A stretch of 64,000 nucleotides of DNA. Source: an archaeon (lineage in GTDB: Archaea; Undinarchaeota; CAZHTU01; JBDRCC01). A model generated the notes under the pieces. It saw nothing but the letters and a program-made list of their open reading frames with translations, was not told the origin of the DNA and did no database searches. The position numbers and the translations under genes were made by a program. Positions 55,424-64,000 of the stretch are shown one piece after another. The stretch lies in the NCBI GenBank assembly GCA_043822065.1, contig JBDRCC010000022.1, forward strand, positions 14,189 to 78,188. Direction: 5' to 3'. Position 1 is the first letter of the stretch. The number at the start of each line of letters is the position of its first letter.

Positions 55424-56116
55424 TTATAGCCTCTGCAGTATCTGGGACTCGAGCTCGCCCTTGCACACTGCGTTGAGCTCGCGGAAGAGGTCGTCCTGTA
55501 TCCCAGCCGGGATGGTTATCACGGCGGAATAGCTCCCGTCCGAGAGCCAGTCCTCGCGCTCCGGCTTGTGCTTCTTGACATGGGCGTATGCCTTGCCGGT
55601 GTACGCAGCCGGGATTTTTATTGCGAGCGTTATTGACTCGAACTTTATCGGGGCGAGGGGCTTCAGCTTGTTGAGTATGTCCGCGACCTGGTCCTCAACC
55701 TTCTTGAACGGGTCTATGCTGATCCTCGCCTCTTCGAACAGTATCTCTATCCTCTGCGGGGTGTAGGGCGTGTTTGCCTGCGGGTTTATCGCGTTCCGCA
55801 CTATCAGGTCTATCGCCTTTTTCCGCTTCACCTCTGACATCCGCTTCTTCTGCTCAGTGGTGAGGTGAAGCTCACCCTTCTTCAGGATGACCTTTACGAT
55901 CTCGTTGTGGTCGGTGGTCCCGAAGGCAGTTGTGAGCTTTGAAGTGGACGACTTCTCGCCCTTCCTTGCGTCGAAGAACACCTCGTCTGCCGCAAGGACA
56001 TCCTCATAGGCGCCGGTCTCCCTGAACTTCTGGGCCGCATCCGGGTCGACGAAGACCTCGAAGTGCTCGCCGTGTGAGTCTATCTTGGCTATTACTGCCT
56101 TGTCAATGGATATCAT
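55424..56116 (-). CDS. Ribosome maturation factor SBDS/Sdo1
   Basis: GEHFEVFVDP, AFGT.D and GELHLTTEQ motifs. Confidence 0.95.
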   Translation of the reverse strand: MISIDKAVIAKIDSHGEHFEVFVDPDAAQKFRETGAYEDVLAADEVFFDARKGEKSSTSKLTTAFGTTDHNEIVKVILKKGELHLTTEQKKRMSEVKRKKAIDLIVRNAINPQANTPYTPQRIEILFEEARISIDPFKKVEDQVADILNKLKPLAPIKFESITLAIKIPAAYTGKAYAHVKKHKPEREDWLSDGSYSAVITIPAGIQDDLFRELNAVCKGELESQILQRL

Positions 56117-56868
56117 TTCTTCTTCAGCTTTTCGAGAACTCTGTCAATCTCTCTCTGGACTTGTGTGTCAGAAAGAGAGATGTATCTCCTCGATTTCTTG
56201 TCTACGATTGAGATTTCTATGCTGTCAGAGTTGAACTTCTCCTCGGAGCCCTTGTAGAGCGCCTCGAGCGCGAGGTCGACTGCGTCCGCCTTCGACATGT
56301 TCGAGTCGTAGCTCTTCCGGAGTATCTCCTTTATCTTCTCGCTGTTCTCACCGATTGCCGTAGCCTTGTACTCCCAGTAGGACCCCGACGGGTCGGTCTC
56401 GTACAAGCGTGTCACACCGTCTGCGTTTACCCCTGCGAGCAGGAGCGCGACGCCGAACGGCCTCAGGCCCCCGACCTGGGTGTAAAGCTGCATATAGTCA
56501 GTGAGCTTTTTGCACATGTTCTCTGCGCTTATCGGCTCGCCATACGTGAGCCTGTGGCTCTGCGAGTCAACGCGCGCCTTGTCTACGAGCCGCCTTCCGT
56601 CTGCAACGAGCCCGGATGTTGCGGCGCCTGCGTGCTCATCAATCTGGTAAATCTTCGCCACGGAGTTTGCAATCATCAGCGGGTCGGTAATGTTCTTGTC
56701 TACCGCGAGGATTACGCCGTCCCTGTAGCTTATCCCGAGGGAGATTGTGCCCTTCTTCACGGCTTCCCGCGCGTATTCAACCTGGTACAGCCTGCCCTGC
56801 GGGCTGAAAACTGTAATAGCGCGGTCATAACCGGCCATTTGAGGTCCCATGTCTTCAAAATTTGGCAT
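56113..56868 (-). CDS. psmA: Proteasome alpha subunit
   Basis: YDRAITVFSPQGRLYQVEYA, SGLVADGR, RPFGVALL and TDPSG motifs. Confidence 0.98.
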   Translation of the reverse strand: MPNFEDMGPQMAGYDRAITVFSPQGRLYQVEYAREAVKKGTISLGISYRDGVILAVDKNITDPLMIANSVAKIYQIDEHAGAATSGLVADGRRLVDKARVDSQSHRLTYGEPISAENMCKKLTDYMQLYTQVGGLRPFGVALLLAGVNADGVTRLYETDPSGSYWEYKATAIGENSEKIKEILRKSYDSNMSKADAVDLALEALYKGSEEKFNSDSIEISIVDKKSRRYISLSDTQVQREIDRVLEKLKKK

Positions 56869-56871
56869 TTT

Positions 56872-57210
56872 TCACCACCATTTTTTCTTCGCTTTTTTTA
56901 TAGTACCTGACACGCCCATTGAACTGAACCTTGCCGGCTTGCCGTTCACTGTTGAGGCAAGGGCAAGCAGGGCTTTTGCCTGGTCCTTTTGATCATGATT
57001 TATTTTCAGGATTCCTTTTTGCTTGTTCTCATCAAAATCTGTAAGCCAGAATCCCAGTCCGGCAAAACCTATTTCTCCTAAAGCCTTTATTCCTGTACTT
57101 GCAAGCGATTTATATACCTCCTCCTTCTTAAACGTTTCCTCGCCGGCAACTTCGAATACAACGTACCTCTGCCGCTTCTTCAGGGTCGGCGGAAGCCTCT
57201 TGACTTTCAT
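56872..57210 (-). CDS. RNase P protein Pop5/Rpp14
   Basis: LPPTLK..QRYVVF and GVSGTIKK motifs. Confidence 0.92.
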   Translation of the reverse strand: MKVKRLPPTLKKRQRYVVFEVAGEETFKKEEVYKSLASTGIKALGEIGFAGLGFWLTDFDENKQKGILKINHDQKDQAKALLALASTVNGKPARFSSMGVSGTIKKAKKKWW

Positions 57211-57779
57211 CCTGAATCGCTCACCCCTTTGGCAATCCGCTTCTTCTTTCCGCGTATCTTTTTCAGGAGCTCGGCCGGATTTTTCGAAACCGCTGCGCTT
57301 GCCTCCTCCTCAGTCATCCCAAGGACTGCCAGGAGGCACTCGATGTCACGGGGGGACCGGAGCTGGTACCTGTTTTCAGGGCGGGTGCTGACGATTATCC
57401 TGTTTTTGCACCGCCTTGCAATCCGGAGAGCCTTCTCAAAGCAGCTGGCGGCCCGAACCCCAGTTTTGGAAAATATTACTGAATGCAAATCGAACTCTAC
57501 GAAGTCAGCTGACTTTCCGATTACGGTGTCGTACACGAGCCGCTCAAAATCCAGGCAGAGGACGTCCGCAGGGCAGCTCCGTGCGAGCTTTGCGTCGTGC
57601 GAAAGGTAGAGCGTGTAGTCTGCTTTGGCGCTTTTTGCCCGATCCCTCAGGACGCGCTCGTCTTTTGCATCTATCAGGGCGCCCCTGAGCCCGGAATCTG
57701 CGCCGATTACCCCGATGTCAGAATAGCCAAGCCGCTTAGCCTCATCCCTCAGGTCTGCTTTCACGTGGAAGTCAATCAT
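57207..57779 (-). CDS. RNase P protein Rpp30
   Basis: D.H, A.RLGY, LRSPRD and GM..EEA..A.S.NP motifs; synteny. Confidence 0.85.
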   Translation of the reverse strand: MIDFHVKADLRDEAKRLGYSDIGVIGADSGLRGALIDAKDERVLRDRAKSAKADYTLYLSHDAKLARSCPADVLCLDFERLVYDTVIGKSADFVEFDLHSVIFSKTGVRAASCFEKALRIARRCKNRIIVSTRPENRYQLRSPRDIECLLAVLGMTEEEASAAVSKNPAELLKKIRGKKKRIAKGVSDSG

Positions 57780-58042
57780 ATTATTCTAGTGCTTTGGTGA
57801 GTTAAAGAGAACGCGACGACGAAAAAGAACCCGAGCATCGCCATTTGGAGGGATAGCGGCCTTGAGTTGCCGAGGGTGTTCTCCGTCGAGCAGGTGCTTA
57901 TGCCGCCTAACTTGGCGCGCACGGCTGAGAAGTAGCTCTCGCAGCAGAGCTTCTGGTCACAGCCGTCAACGAAGCCCATAATGCCCAGCCCCAGGAGTAG
58001 GAGCGAAATAAGGAGTGATGCCGTGAATGTGCTTGCGTCCAT
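57776..58042 (-). CDS. Hypothetical small membrane protein
   Basis: Two hydrophobic segments around a Cys-containing loop; stop overlaps rpp30 start. Confidence 0.55.
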   Translation of the reverse strand: MDASTFTASLLISLLLLGLGIMGFVDGCDQKLCCESYFSAVRAKLGGISTCSTENTLGNSRPLSLQMAMLGFFFVVAFSLTHQSTRII

Positions 58043-58118
58043 GTTATCTTAGAGTGTCTCCCCTATGATTCCAAAAAGCAGCAGGAGTATTTAATTATTC
58101 TCAGGAGAGCCCCAGAAG

Positions 58119-58325
58119 CTACTCGGAGTCCGACTCAGATTCGGCTTCGGAGCCAGAATCTGGCTCAGGCTTGTCCTTGCCAGGCGCTTCGCGCTTGCCC
58201 TTTAAGGGGTCTGTTTCCTCATCCTCGGGCGACTCGTCGTCCTTTTTTTCCAAGTCGAATTCCTCGGCGTAGTCGCCGTAGTCGATGTTAGACTCATCCT
58301 CTGGATAGTCTGTCTCTTGCGCCAT
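58119..58325 (-). CDS. Highly acidic small hypothetical protein
   Basis: D/E-rich 68 aa ORF; GGAAAT-TTTTATATA promoter-like box upstream. Confidence 0.6.
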   Translation of the reverse strand: MAQETDYPEDESNIDYGDYAEEFDLEKKDDESPEDEETDPLKGKREAPGKDKPEPDSGSEAESESDSE

Positions 58326-58444
58326 GCTATCCCACTATATAGAAGGGCTATATAAAAATTTCCATTGAGATGGGTATATGTGCGTATATGTCAGTCACCG
58401 GACAGACTTCACCGTGCCAGTATTGCCATCTAATCCGAGACGGG

Positions 58445-58996
58445 CTACTTGCCCCGGTTCTTGTTCGCGGCAAGTGAAGGCCGCATTTTCTCTGCGCCCT
58501 TGCCCTTGTTACGCAGACCGCGGGATTTCTTGCCTGCAGAGGTCAAGCCCCTGAAGACGCGGTTCTTGTGCTGCGGCTCTGCAATCCAGGCGAGGTTCTT
58601 GTCGCCTTTTATCGCAGGGTGGTCTGGGTCAATCAGGATTACCTCGAAATATGCTGACTTCCCGTCCTCAGCAAGATAATACGAGTTCAGGACCTCAAGG
58701 TTCAGGTACCTCCTCTGGACCCGCTCCTCAGCAATCCACTGGAGGGACTTCTTAGGTGAATACCGGTTTATGCCCGCGTGTGTGGGCCGTCTTCCGCCAG
58801 CAGGCCTCGGCCTTGTCCTTCCGCCGCGCTTTACCCGCGCGCGGACAATGACGAAGCCCTGCTTCGCCTTGTATCCAACGGACCTCGCCCTGTCGAGCCG
58901 TGTGGGCCTCTCGACGCGGACTATCGCGTCGGATTTCCTCCACGCGATAAGGCTTGGCTTGTCTTCAGTCAGTTTCAGGTATTTGTAGAATGACAT
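58445..58996 (-). CDS. rpl15e: 50S ribosomal protein L15e
   Basis: [26 protein letters not shown] and FRGLTSAG motifs; GGAGG SD before ATG 58996. Confidence 0.98.
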   Translation of the reverse strand: MSFYKYLKLTEDKPSLIAWRKSDAIVRVERPTRLDRARSVGYKAKQGFVIVRARVKRGGRTRPRPAGGRRPTHAGINRYSPKKSLQWIAEERVQRRYLNLEVLNSYYLAEDGKSAYFEVILIDPDHPAIKGDKNLAWIAEPQHKNRVFRGLTSAGKKSRGLRNKGKGAEKMRPSLAANKNRGK

Positions 58997-59008
58997 CTTA
59001 TCCTCCAT

Positions 59009-59055
59009 ATCCGTTCAGGGCCAAATGGCACCCACATCCTCGGACAAGTGGCAAG
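59009..59055 (-). ncRNA. Putative eL15 ribosomal-protein leader RNA
   Basis: GGATGTGGGT-GCCATTTGGC-CCTGAACGG just upstream of SD; resembles the euryarchaeal eL15 leader as recalled. Confidence 0.6.
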
Positions 59056-59071
59056 TATTAGGCGGCGCCCA

Positions 59072-59083
59072 TTATAAAGTTTT
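59072..59083 (-). promoter_or_regulatory. Putative BRE/TATA promoter of rpl15e
   Basis: AAAACTTTATAA; same box found upstream of rpl37ae (52861-52873). Confidence 0.55.
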
Positions 59084-59173
59084 TGCAGGGGCTTTGCACG
59101 CATCGAGTTGCGTGGAGATATAGACAAAATATATAAATGGTCGAATAAATGATATTCGCACAGGGGTAAAATT

Positions 59174-59473
59174 ATGCCAGGAAATAAGACAGCTGGACCT
59201 AGGTATAGGTCGCGAAACATAATGAAGAAGCCGGTCAGGGAAAAGGGGCTTCCGCCGATAGGGCGCTTTATGGAAAAGTATGAGGTCGGGGATAGGGTCG
59301 TTATAAAGGTGGAGCCGGCAGTTCCGGAGGGAATGCCATTTATCAAGTTCAACGGCAAGTGTGGAAAAGTAATCGAGAAGCGCGGCAGGGCGTACGTTGT
59401 AAGCTTCAAGGACAAGGACAAGCGCAAGTCCGCGATATGCACCCCGGTCCACATGAGGAGGTTCAAGGAATAA
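59174..59473 (+). CDS. rpl21e: 50S ribosomal protein L21e
   Basis: GDRV.I..EP.V..GMP...FNG..G.V...RGRAY and PVH motifs. Confidence 0.96.
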   Translation: MPGNKTAGPRYRSRNIMKKPVREKGLPPIGRFMEKYEVGDRVVIKVEPAVPEGMPFIKFNGKCGKVIEKRGRAYVVSFKDKDKRKSAICTPVHMRRFKE

Positions 59474-59808
59474 TGGTAATGAAAATACTGAAGGAGGAGC
59501 CGGTAAGCCTTGCGGAAGTCAAGGAGCTCCTCGACGGCCAAAAGGTGAAAAAGGACGAGGAAGCGACCTACGAGCAGAAGCAGACAATCGAGTACGTAAA
59601 GGAGTTCTCCAAATTCAAGCCGGCAAAGGTAAAGACCGCAATCGAGTCGCTAATTGCCCTTGGGATTAACCGGAAGGAGGCAGTAAAGATATTGGACATT
59701 GCCCCCCAGGAGCCGAAAGAGATGAAGCTCATATTCTCGAAAGTTCATTATTCGATAAGCGAAGACACCACGAACAAAGTTTTGGAGATTGTCAGAAGCT
59801 TGGAGTGA
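59473..59808 (+). CDS. rpo4: RNA polymerase subunit F (Rpo4)
   Basis: EVKELL, YEQ...IEY..EFSK and AVKILDI.P motifs; synteny. Confidence 0.92.
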   Translation: MVMKILKEEPVSLAEVKELLDGQKVKKDEEATYEQKQTIEYVKEFSKFKPAKVKTAIESLIALGINRKEAVKILDIAPQEPKEMKLIFSKVHYSISEDTTNKVLEIVRSLE

Positions 59809-60467
59809 GTTCTATGGAGAAAATCGAAGAGAACGTCATTGTTCTGGACTATTTGCCTGAAGGAAGGGGCGGCAGGCCGCCGTTCCGGAGGGAGCCGCTG
59901 GCTATAGTCATGGGGATGAACTACTTCACCCTGCTCGAGGTCGTAACTAAGAAAGATGATGCAGGGAACTACATCAAGCTGAATATGAACGAGCATGCTT
60001 ACATTGGCAAGGGCGAGAGGAACAAGATACACTTCATAAAAAGGAGGATATCCTTCGACGAGCTGACGGCAGTCGCCCAGTCTGAAGTGGAGGTTGCCGT
60101 AAGGGATATCGTAAAGGAGCAGGAGAAGCGGTTTGTCGACTTCTTCAACAAGTCCCAGCCGCTGACGACAAGGCAGCACCAGCTGGAGCTTCTACCGAAG
60201 ATTGGCAAGAAGCTGATGTGGGAGCTCCTCGCTGAGAGGGGCAAAAAGCCTTTCGAGGGCTTTGCCGACATAAAGGCGCGGGTGAAGAACATGCCTGATC
60301 CGTCGGAGATAATAATCGAAAAGATAATGGAAGAGATAAGGGGGCTAAGCAAGTATTTCATATTCTCGGCAAACCCGCCGCAGAAGGATGAGCAGGAAGG
60401 CTTCGGCCAGCACAACGACAGGGGCGGCTACAGAAGGGGACCGCCGAGGCGCAGACCACCGGCTTAG
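59805..60467 (+). CDS. DUF655 putative RNA-binding protein
   Basis: VLDYLP.G, FTLLEV, FVDFFN..QP.TTR.H.LELLP.IGKK motifs. Confidence 0.92.
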   Translation: MSSMEKIEENVIVLDYLPEGRGGRPPFRREPLAIVMGMNYFTLLEVVTKKDDAGNYIKLNMNEHAYIGKGERNKIHFIKRRISFDELTAVAQSEVEVAVRDIVKEQEKRFVDFFNKSQPLTTRQHQLELLPKIGKKLMWELLAERGKKPFEGFADIKARVKNMPDPSEIIIEKIMEEIRGLSKYFIFSANPPQKDEQEGFGQHNDRGGYRRGPPRRRPPA

Positions 60468-61247
60468 ATGAGCATTCTCCAGGAAATAAGAAAATACGGA
60501 CTTCGGCTCGGACAGGACAAAGTGTTCCTTATTGATGAAAACTTTCTTGACAAGGAGGTCGGCTACGCCCAGATAACTAAAGGCGACACCGTCCTTGAAA
60601 TCGGCTGCGGAATTGGCAACCTGACGGAGCGGCTTGTTGAAAAGGCAGGAAAGGTGATAGCTGTCGAGAAGGATGCAAACCTCGCCAAAATCTGCAGGGT
60701 GCGGGTGCAGGCTAAGAATCTTGAGGTTATCACTGGCGACGCCCTGAAAATTGCGCTGCCAAGGTTCGACAGGGCAGTCTCAAATCTGCCGTACAGCATC
60801 TCGGCGCCCATAACGTTCCGGCTCCTTGAGCAGGATTTCAAAACTGCAGTCCTCGTTTACCAGAAGGAGTTCGGCGACAAGATGGTGGCGCAGCCAGGGG
60901 ACTCGAATTATGGCAGGCTCAGTGTTATGGTGCAGGCAAAGGCTGATGTCGAGCTCCTCGACGCGATACCAAAAACTTGTTTTACCCCGGTGCCGAAGGT
61001 AGATTCTAGAATAATACGGCTGACGCCAAGGCGCCGCGACCTGCCGGATAATTTTGCAGACGTCGTCAGGGCGCTGTTCCAGCACAGGCGGAAGCTTTGC
61101 AAAAACGCGCTGTCAGATTCCGCACATGAGCTGAAGGGATTCGACGCCAAAAAAAGTGCGAAGGATGTCTGCCCGCAAAAAAATGTGTTCAAACTGTCCA
61201 TTGAGGAGATAGTCCAGCTCTGCAAAAAAATGCAGGCACATCATTAA
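60468..61247 (+). CDS. rsmA: 16S rRNA dimethyladenosine transferase KsgA
   Basis: VLEIGCGIG.LT, SNLPY.IS, YGRLSV and P.PKVDS motifs. Confidence 0.95.
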   Translation: MSILQEIRKYGLRLGQDKVFLIDENFLDKEVGYAQITKGDTVLEIGCGIGNLTERLVEKAGKVIAVEKDANLAKICRVRVQAKNLEVITGDALKIALPRFDRAVSNLPYSISAPITFRLLEQDFKTAVLVYQKEFGDKMVAQPGDSNYGRLSVMVQAKADVELLDAIPKTCFTPVPKVDSRIIRLTPRRRDLPDNFADVVRALFQHRRKLCKNALSDSAHELKGFDAKKSAKDVCPQKNVFKLSIEEIVQLCKKMQAHH

Positions 61248-61272
61248 TAAATGCGTAATCCTTTACTTAGCC

Positions 61273-63930
61273 ATGGAAAGCAACTGGTACAAGGTGCCTC
61301 ACCGGGAAGTCCTGAAGCTTCTTAACACCAGCGAGAGGGGGCTTAGCAGCGAAGAGGTAAAAAAGCGGCTTTTTGAGCACGGCCACAATGAGCTCCCGAA
61401 GCCGTCAAAGAAGACAATCTTTGAGCATCTGGTTGAGCAGTTCAAGAACACGCTTATAGTTATACTGATAATAGCGACCATAGTTTCCGCCCTCCTCGGG
61501 GAGATTCTTGATGCGGCAGTTATAATGATAATAGTCCTGCTGAACGCAGTGATGGGGCTTGTCCAGGAATTCAAAGCGGAAAAGGCGCTAGAGGCGCTTG
61601 AAAAGATGGGTGCGCCGCATGCCATTGTCCTTAGGGACGGCAGCGAGGAGCGTGTTGAGGTTAGGGAGCTTGTTCCAGGCGATATTCTGCTTCTTGAAGT
61701 CGGGAACCGGATTCCTGCAGATGCCAGGCTTATTGAGAGCATTAACTTGAAGGTCGACGAATCTGCATTGACAGGGGAAAGCGCCCCGGTCTCGAAGAGG
61801 ATTGAGCCGCTTTCAGAGGAAAAGCCGCTCGCAGAGAGGTCGAGCATGCTTTACATGAACACCCTCGTCACCTATGGGCGGGCTAAGGCAGTCATTGTCG
61901 AGACGGGCAAGAGGACAGAGGTGGGCAAGATTGCAACCCTCATAGAGCAAAGCGAAGAGGTAAAGACCCCGCTCCAGGAGAAGCTTGCAGTCTTCGGCAA
62001 GAAGCTCGGCATGTTCATACTCGTAGTCTGCGCCGTTGTCGCAGTGGGCGGCGTCCTGCGCGACCATATGCTTTGGATGGATGCCTTCCTCGTGGGCGTA
62101 AGCCTGGCTGTTGCTGCCATACCCGAAGGGCTGCCCGCAGTCGTGACCATTGTCCTAGCAATCGGGCTGCAAAAGATGGCTACTAAAAATGCTGTCGTCA
62201 GAAAGCTCCAGGCAGTTGAGAGCCTCGGAAGCGCGGACGTCATATGCTCAGACAAGACTGGGACGATAACAAAGAACCAGATGACTGTTACAGAGGTCTG
62301 GACGGACAGGAGGGTTGCAATCAGCGGAGAGGGCTACAGCCCAGTTGGGAAGTTCTCCATAAACGGAAAAGAGGTAACCCCTGCCAAGGACGGGCACTTG
62401 TCCCTCCTCCTTAAGACTGGGATGCTGTGCAACAATGCCCACCTCAGGCACGGCGCGCAATGGGAGGTCGTTGGTGACCCGACTGAAGGGAGCCTTGTCG
62501 TCGCCGGGAAAAAGGCCGGGCTGAATGAGGAGACGCTCAGAAGGGATAACAAGTTTGTGGATGAGATACCGTTTGACTCGAACCGGAAGATGATGAGTTC
62601 CATATACCGCGCTGGCGGGAAGGAAACTGCGTATGTCAAAGGCGCCCAGGAAGTGATAATCAGGCTCTGCACAAAGAAGTACAAAAACGGCAAGGTCGTG
62701 AAGATGGGCGAGAGGGACAGGCAGTCCCTGCTCAAGCAGAATTCTGAGATGGGCTCACGGGCCCTGCGCGTGCTGGCGCTTGCCTATCGCGACGTATCAA
62801 AGCCCTTCACTAGCGAGAATGTCGAGAAGGACTTAGTATACTTAGGGATGGCTGGCATGATAGACCCGCCAAGGGAGGAAGCCATTGCCGCGATAAGGGA
62901 GTGCAACATAGCAGGCATACGGGTAGTGATGATAACTGGTGACAACCTCATAACCGCGACGGCGATAGCGAAGCAGGTCGGGCTTCCGGTCAAGAGGGTC
63001 CTCACGGGGATGGAGCTTGAGAAGATGTCGCTCCAGGAGTTTGAGGGGATTGTTGAAGAGGTATCCGTCTACGCCAGGGTCTCGCCGGAGCACAAGGTGA
63101 AGATTCTTGAGGCACTGAAGGACAAGGGGCACATAGTCGCCATGACCGGCGACGGGATAAACGACGCCCCCGCCCTGAAGAGGGCTGATATAGGCGTTGC
63201 GATGGGCATCTCCGGCACGGACGTCGCACAGGGCGCCGCAGACATGATTCTGCTCGACGACAACTTTGCCTCCATCGTGAACGCGGTAGAGGAGGGCAGG
63301 GGGATATACGACAACATAATGAAGTTCATAAAATACCTGATATCGACCAACACCGGTGAGGTGCTGACGGTCTTTTTCGGGATGATGCTCAAGTTCCCCT
63401 TGGTTGTCCTGCCGCTCCAGCTTCTTTGGATAAACCTGCTGACTGACGGGCTCCCGGCAGTTGCCCTTGGCTTCGAGCCTAAGGACAAGGATATAATGAC
63501 GAGGAAGCCGAGGAAGCCGGACGATCCGATATTCGGCAGGGAGCTCATAACAACCGCAGCCCTAGTCGGCAGCATAATGTGCATCCTTGCGCTGTTCACG
63601 TTCTGGTGGTATGGCTTTGGCATTAAGGCGCAGACCATGGCGTTCACCCTCCTGGCTGTGCTCCAGCTGTTCAACGCCCAGAACTGCAGGAGCGAGAAGT
63701 CGCTGTTCTCAATAGGCCTGCTTAGGAACAGGAAGCTGATATGGGCAATACTTGTCTCGTTCGCCCTACAGCTCGCAGTTGTCTACCTCCCACCGCTCCA
63801 GGTGGCCTTCCACACGACAGCCCTCAGCCTTATGGAATGGGGCTGGATATTCCTGATGGCGTCCACGGTAATCGCCGCCATGGAAATCAAAAAGATGCTC
63901 GCTAGGAAAGCCGGCTCAGGCGCTCAGTAG
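61273..63930 (+). CDS. P-type Ca2+-transporting ATPase (type IIA)
   Basis: TGES, AAIPEGLP, DKTGT, GDGINDAPAL and WINLLTDGLPA motifs. Confidence 0.95.
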   Translation: MESNWYKVPHREVLKLLNTSERGLSSEEVKKRLFEHGHNELPKPSKKTIFEHLVEQFKNTLIVILIIATIVSALLGEILDAAVIMIIVLLNAVMGLVQEFKAEKALEALEKMGAPHAIVLRDGSEERVEVRELVPGDILLLEVGNRIPADARLIESINLKVDESALTGESAPVSKRIEPLSEEKPLAERSSMLYMNTLVTYGRAKAVIVETGKRTEVGKIATLIEQSEEVKTPLQEKLAVFGKKLGMFILVVCAVVAVGGVLRDHMLWMDAFLVGVSLAVAAIPEGLPAVVTIVLAIGLQKMATKNAVVRKLQAVESLGSADVICSDKTGTITKNQMTVTEVWTDRRVAISGEGYSPVGKFSINGKEVTPAKDGHLSLLLKTGMLCNNAHLRHGAQWEVVGDPTEGSLVVAGKKAGLNEETLRRDNKFVDEIPFDSNRKMMSSIYRAGGKETAYVKGAQEVIIRLCTKKYKNGKVVKMGERDRQSLLKQNSEMGSRALRVLALAYRDVSKPFTSENVEKDLVYLGMAGMIDPPREEAIAAIRECNIAGIRVVMITGDNLITATAIAKQVGLPVKRVLTGMELEKMSLQEFEGIVEEVSVYARVSPEHKVKILEALKDKGHIVAMTGDGINDAPALKRADIGVAMGISGTDVAQGAADMILLDDNFASIVNAVEEGRGIYDNIMKFIKYLISTNTGEVLTVFFGMMLKFPLVVLPLQLLWINLLTDGLPAVALGFEPKDKDIMTRKPRKPDDPIFGRELITTAALVGSIMCILALFTFWWYGFGIKAQTMAFTLLAVLQLFNAQNCRSEKSLFSIGLLRNRKLIWAILVSFALQLAVVYLPPLQVAFHTTALSLMEWGWIFLMASTVIAAMEIKKMLARKAGSGAQ

Positions 63931-64000
63931 GGTCAACAGAAGGTTTCTCGTGCCCGGGGCAATGCCCAGCGTGAATATTGCAAAATAAAGCAGGCTCCGC
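63916..64000 (-). CDS. 3' end of a probable membrane protein gene running off the window
   Basis: Open minus frame RSLLYFAIFTLGIAPGTRNLLLTLLSA* convergent with the ATPase. Confidence 0.35.
   Translation of the reverse strand, partial: RSLLYFAIFTLGIAPGTRNLLLTLLSA

Noticed and set aside
303-63674. Numerous long antisense/overlapping ORFs in the track (e.g. 10218-10982, 31292-32161, 39323-40144)
   Set aside because: Shadow frames of well-supported genes with no recognisable motifs

Overview
Archaeal chromosomal segment, judged from the archaeal ribosomal, exosome, proteasome, RNase P, RNAP, Hel308 and Spt5 genes. A DPANN or euryarchaeal-type lineage is likely, but that is inference. The left ~25 kb is an unusually complete tetrahydrofolate/one-carbon cluster: thyX, 5-formyl-THF cyclo-ligase, glyA, gcvT/H/PA/PB, split lipoate ligase, lipA, folD, purN, AICAR-transformylase-only purH, folC, a stand-alone FolP N-terminal domain and a YhhQ transporter. 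It has no canonical dihydrolipoamide dehydrogenase. In that position sit an AcoX/NAD-kinase-like gene and a single-Cys NADH oxidase/CoA-disulfide-reductase-like flavoprotein coupled to folD-purN. The cluster is interrupted by an AT-rich repeat region, a P-type ATPase and orphan genes. Next come a fold-III decarboxylase + agmatinase, a group 3b [NiFe] hydrogenase operon, tRNA-Gln, ftsZ-secE-spt5-rpl11, a Hel308 helicase with a LAGLIDADG intein, the conserved exosome/proteasome/RNase P superoperon, rpl21e-rpo4-DUF655-rsmA and a second P-type ATPase. No rRNA, CRISPR array or transposase was seen. All family calls come from motif recognition by eye, not database searches.
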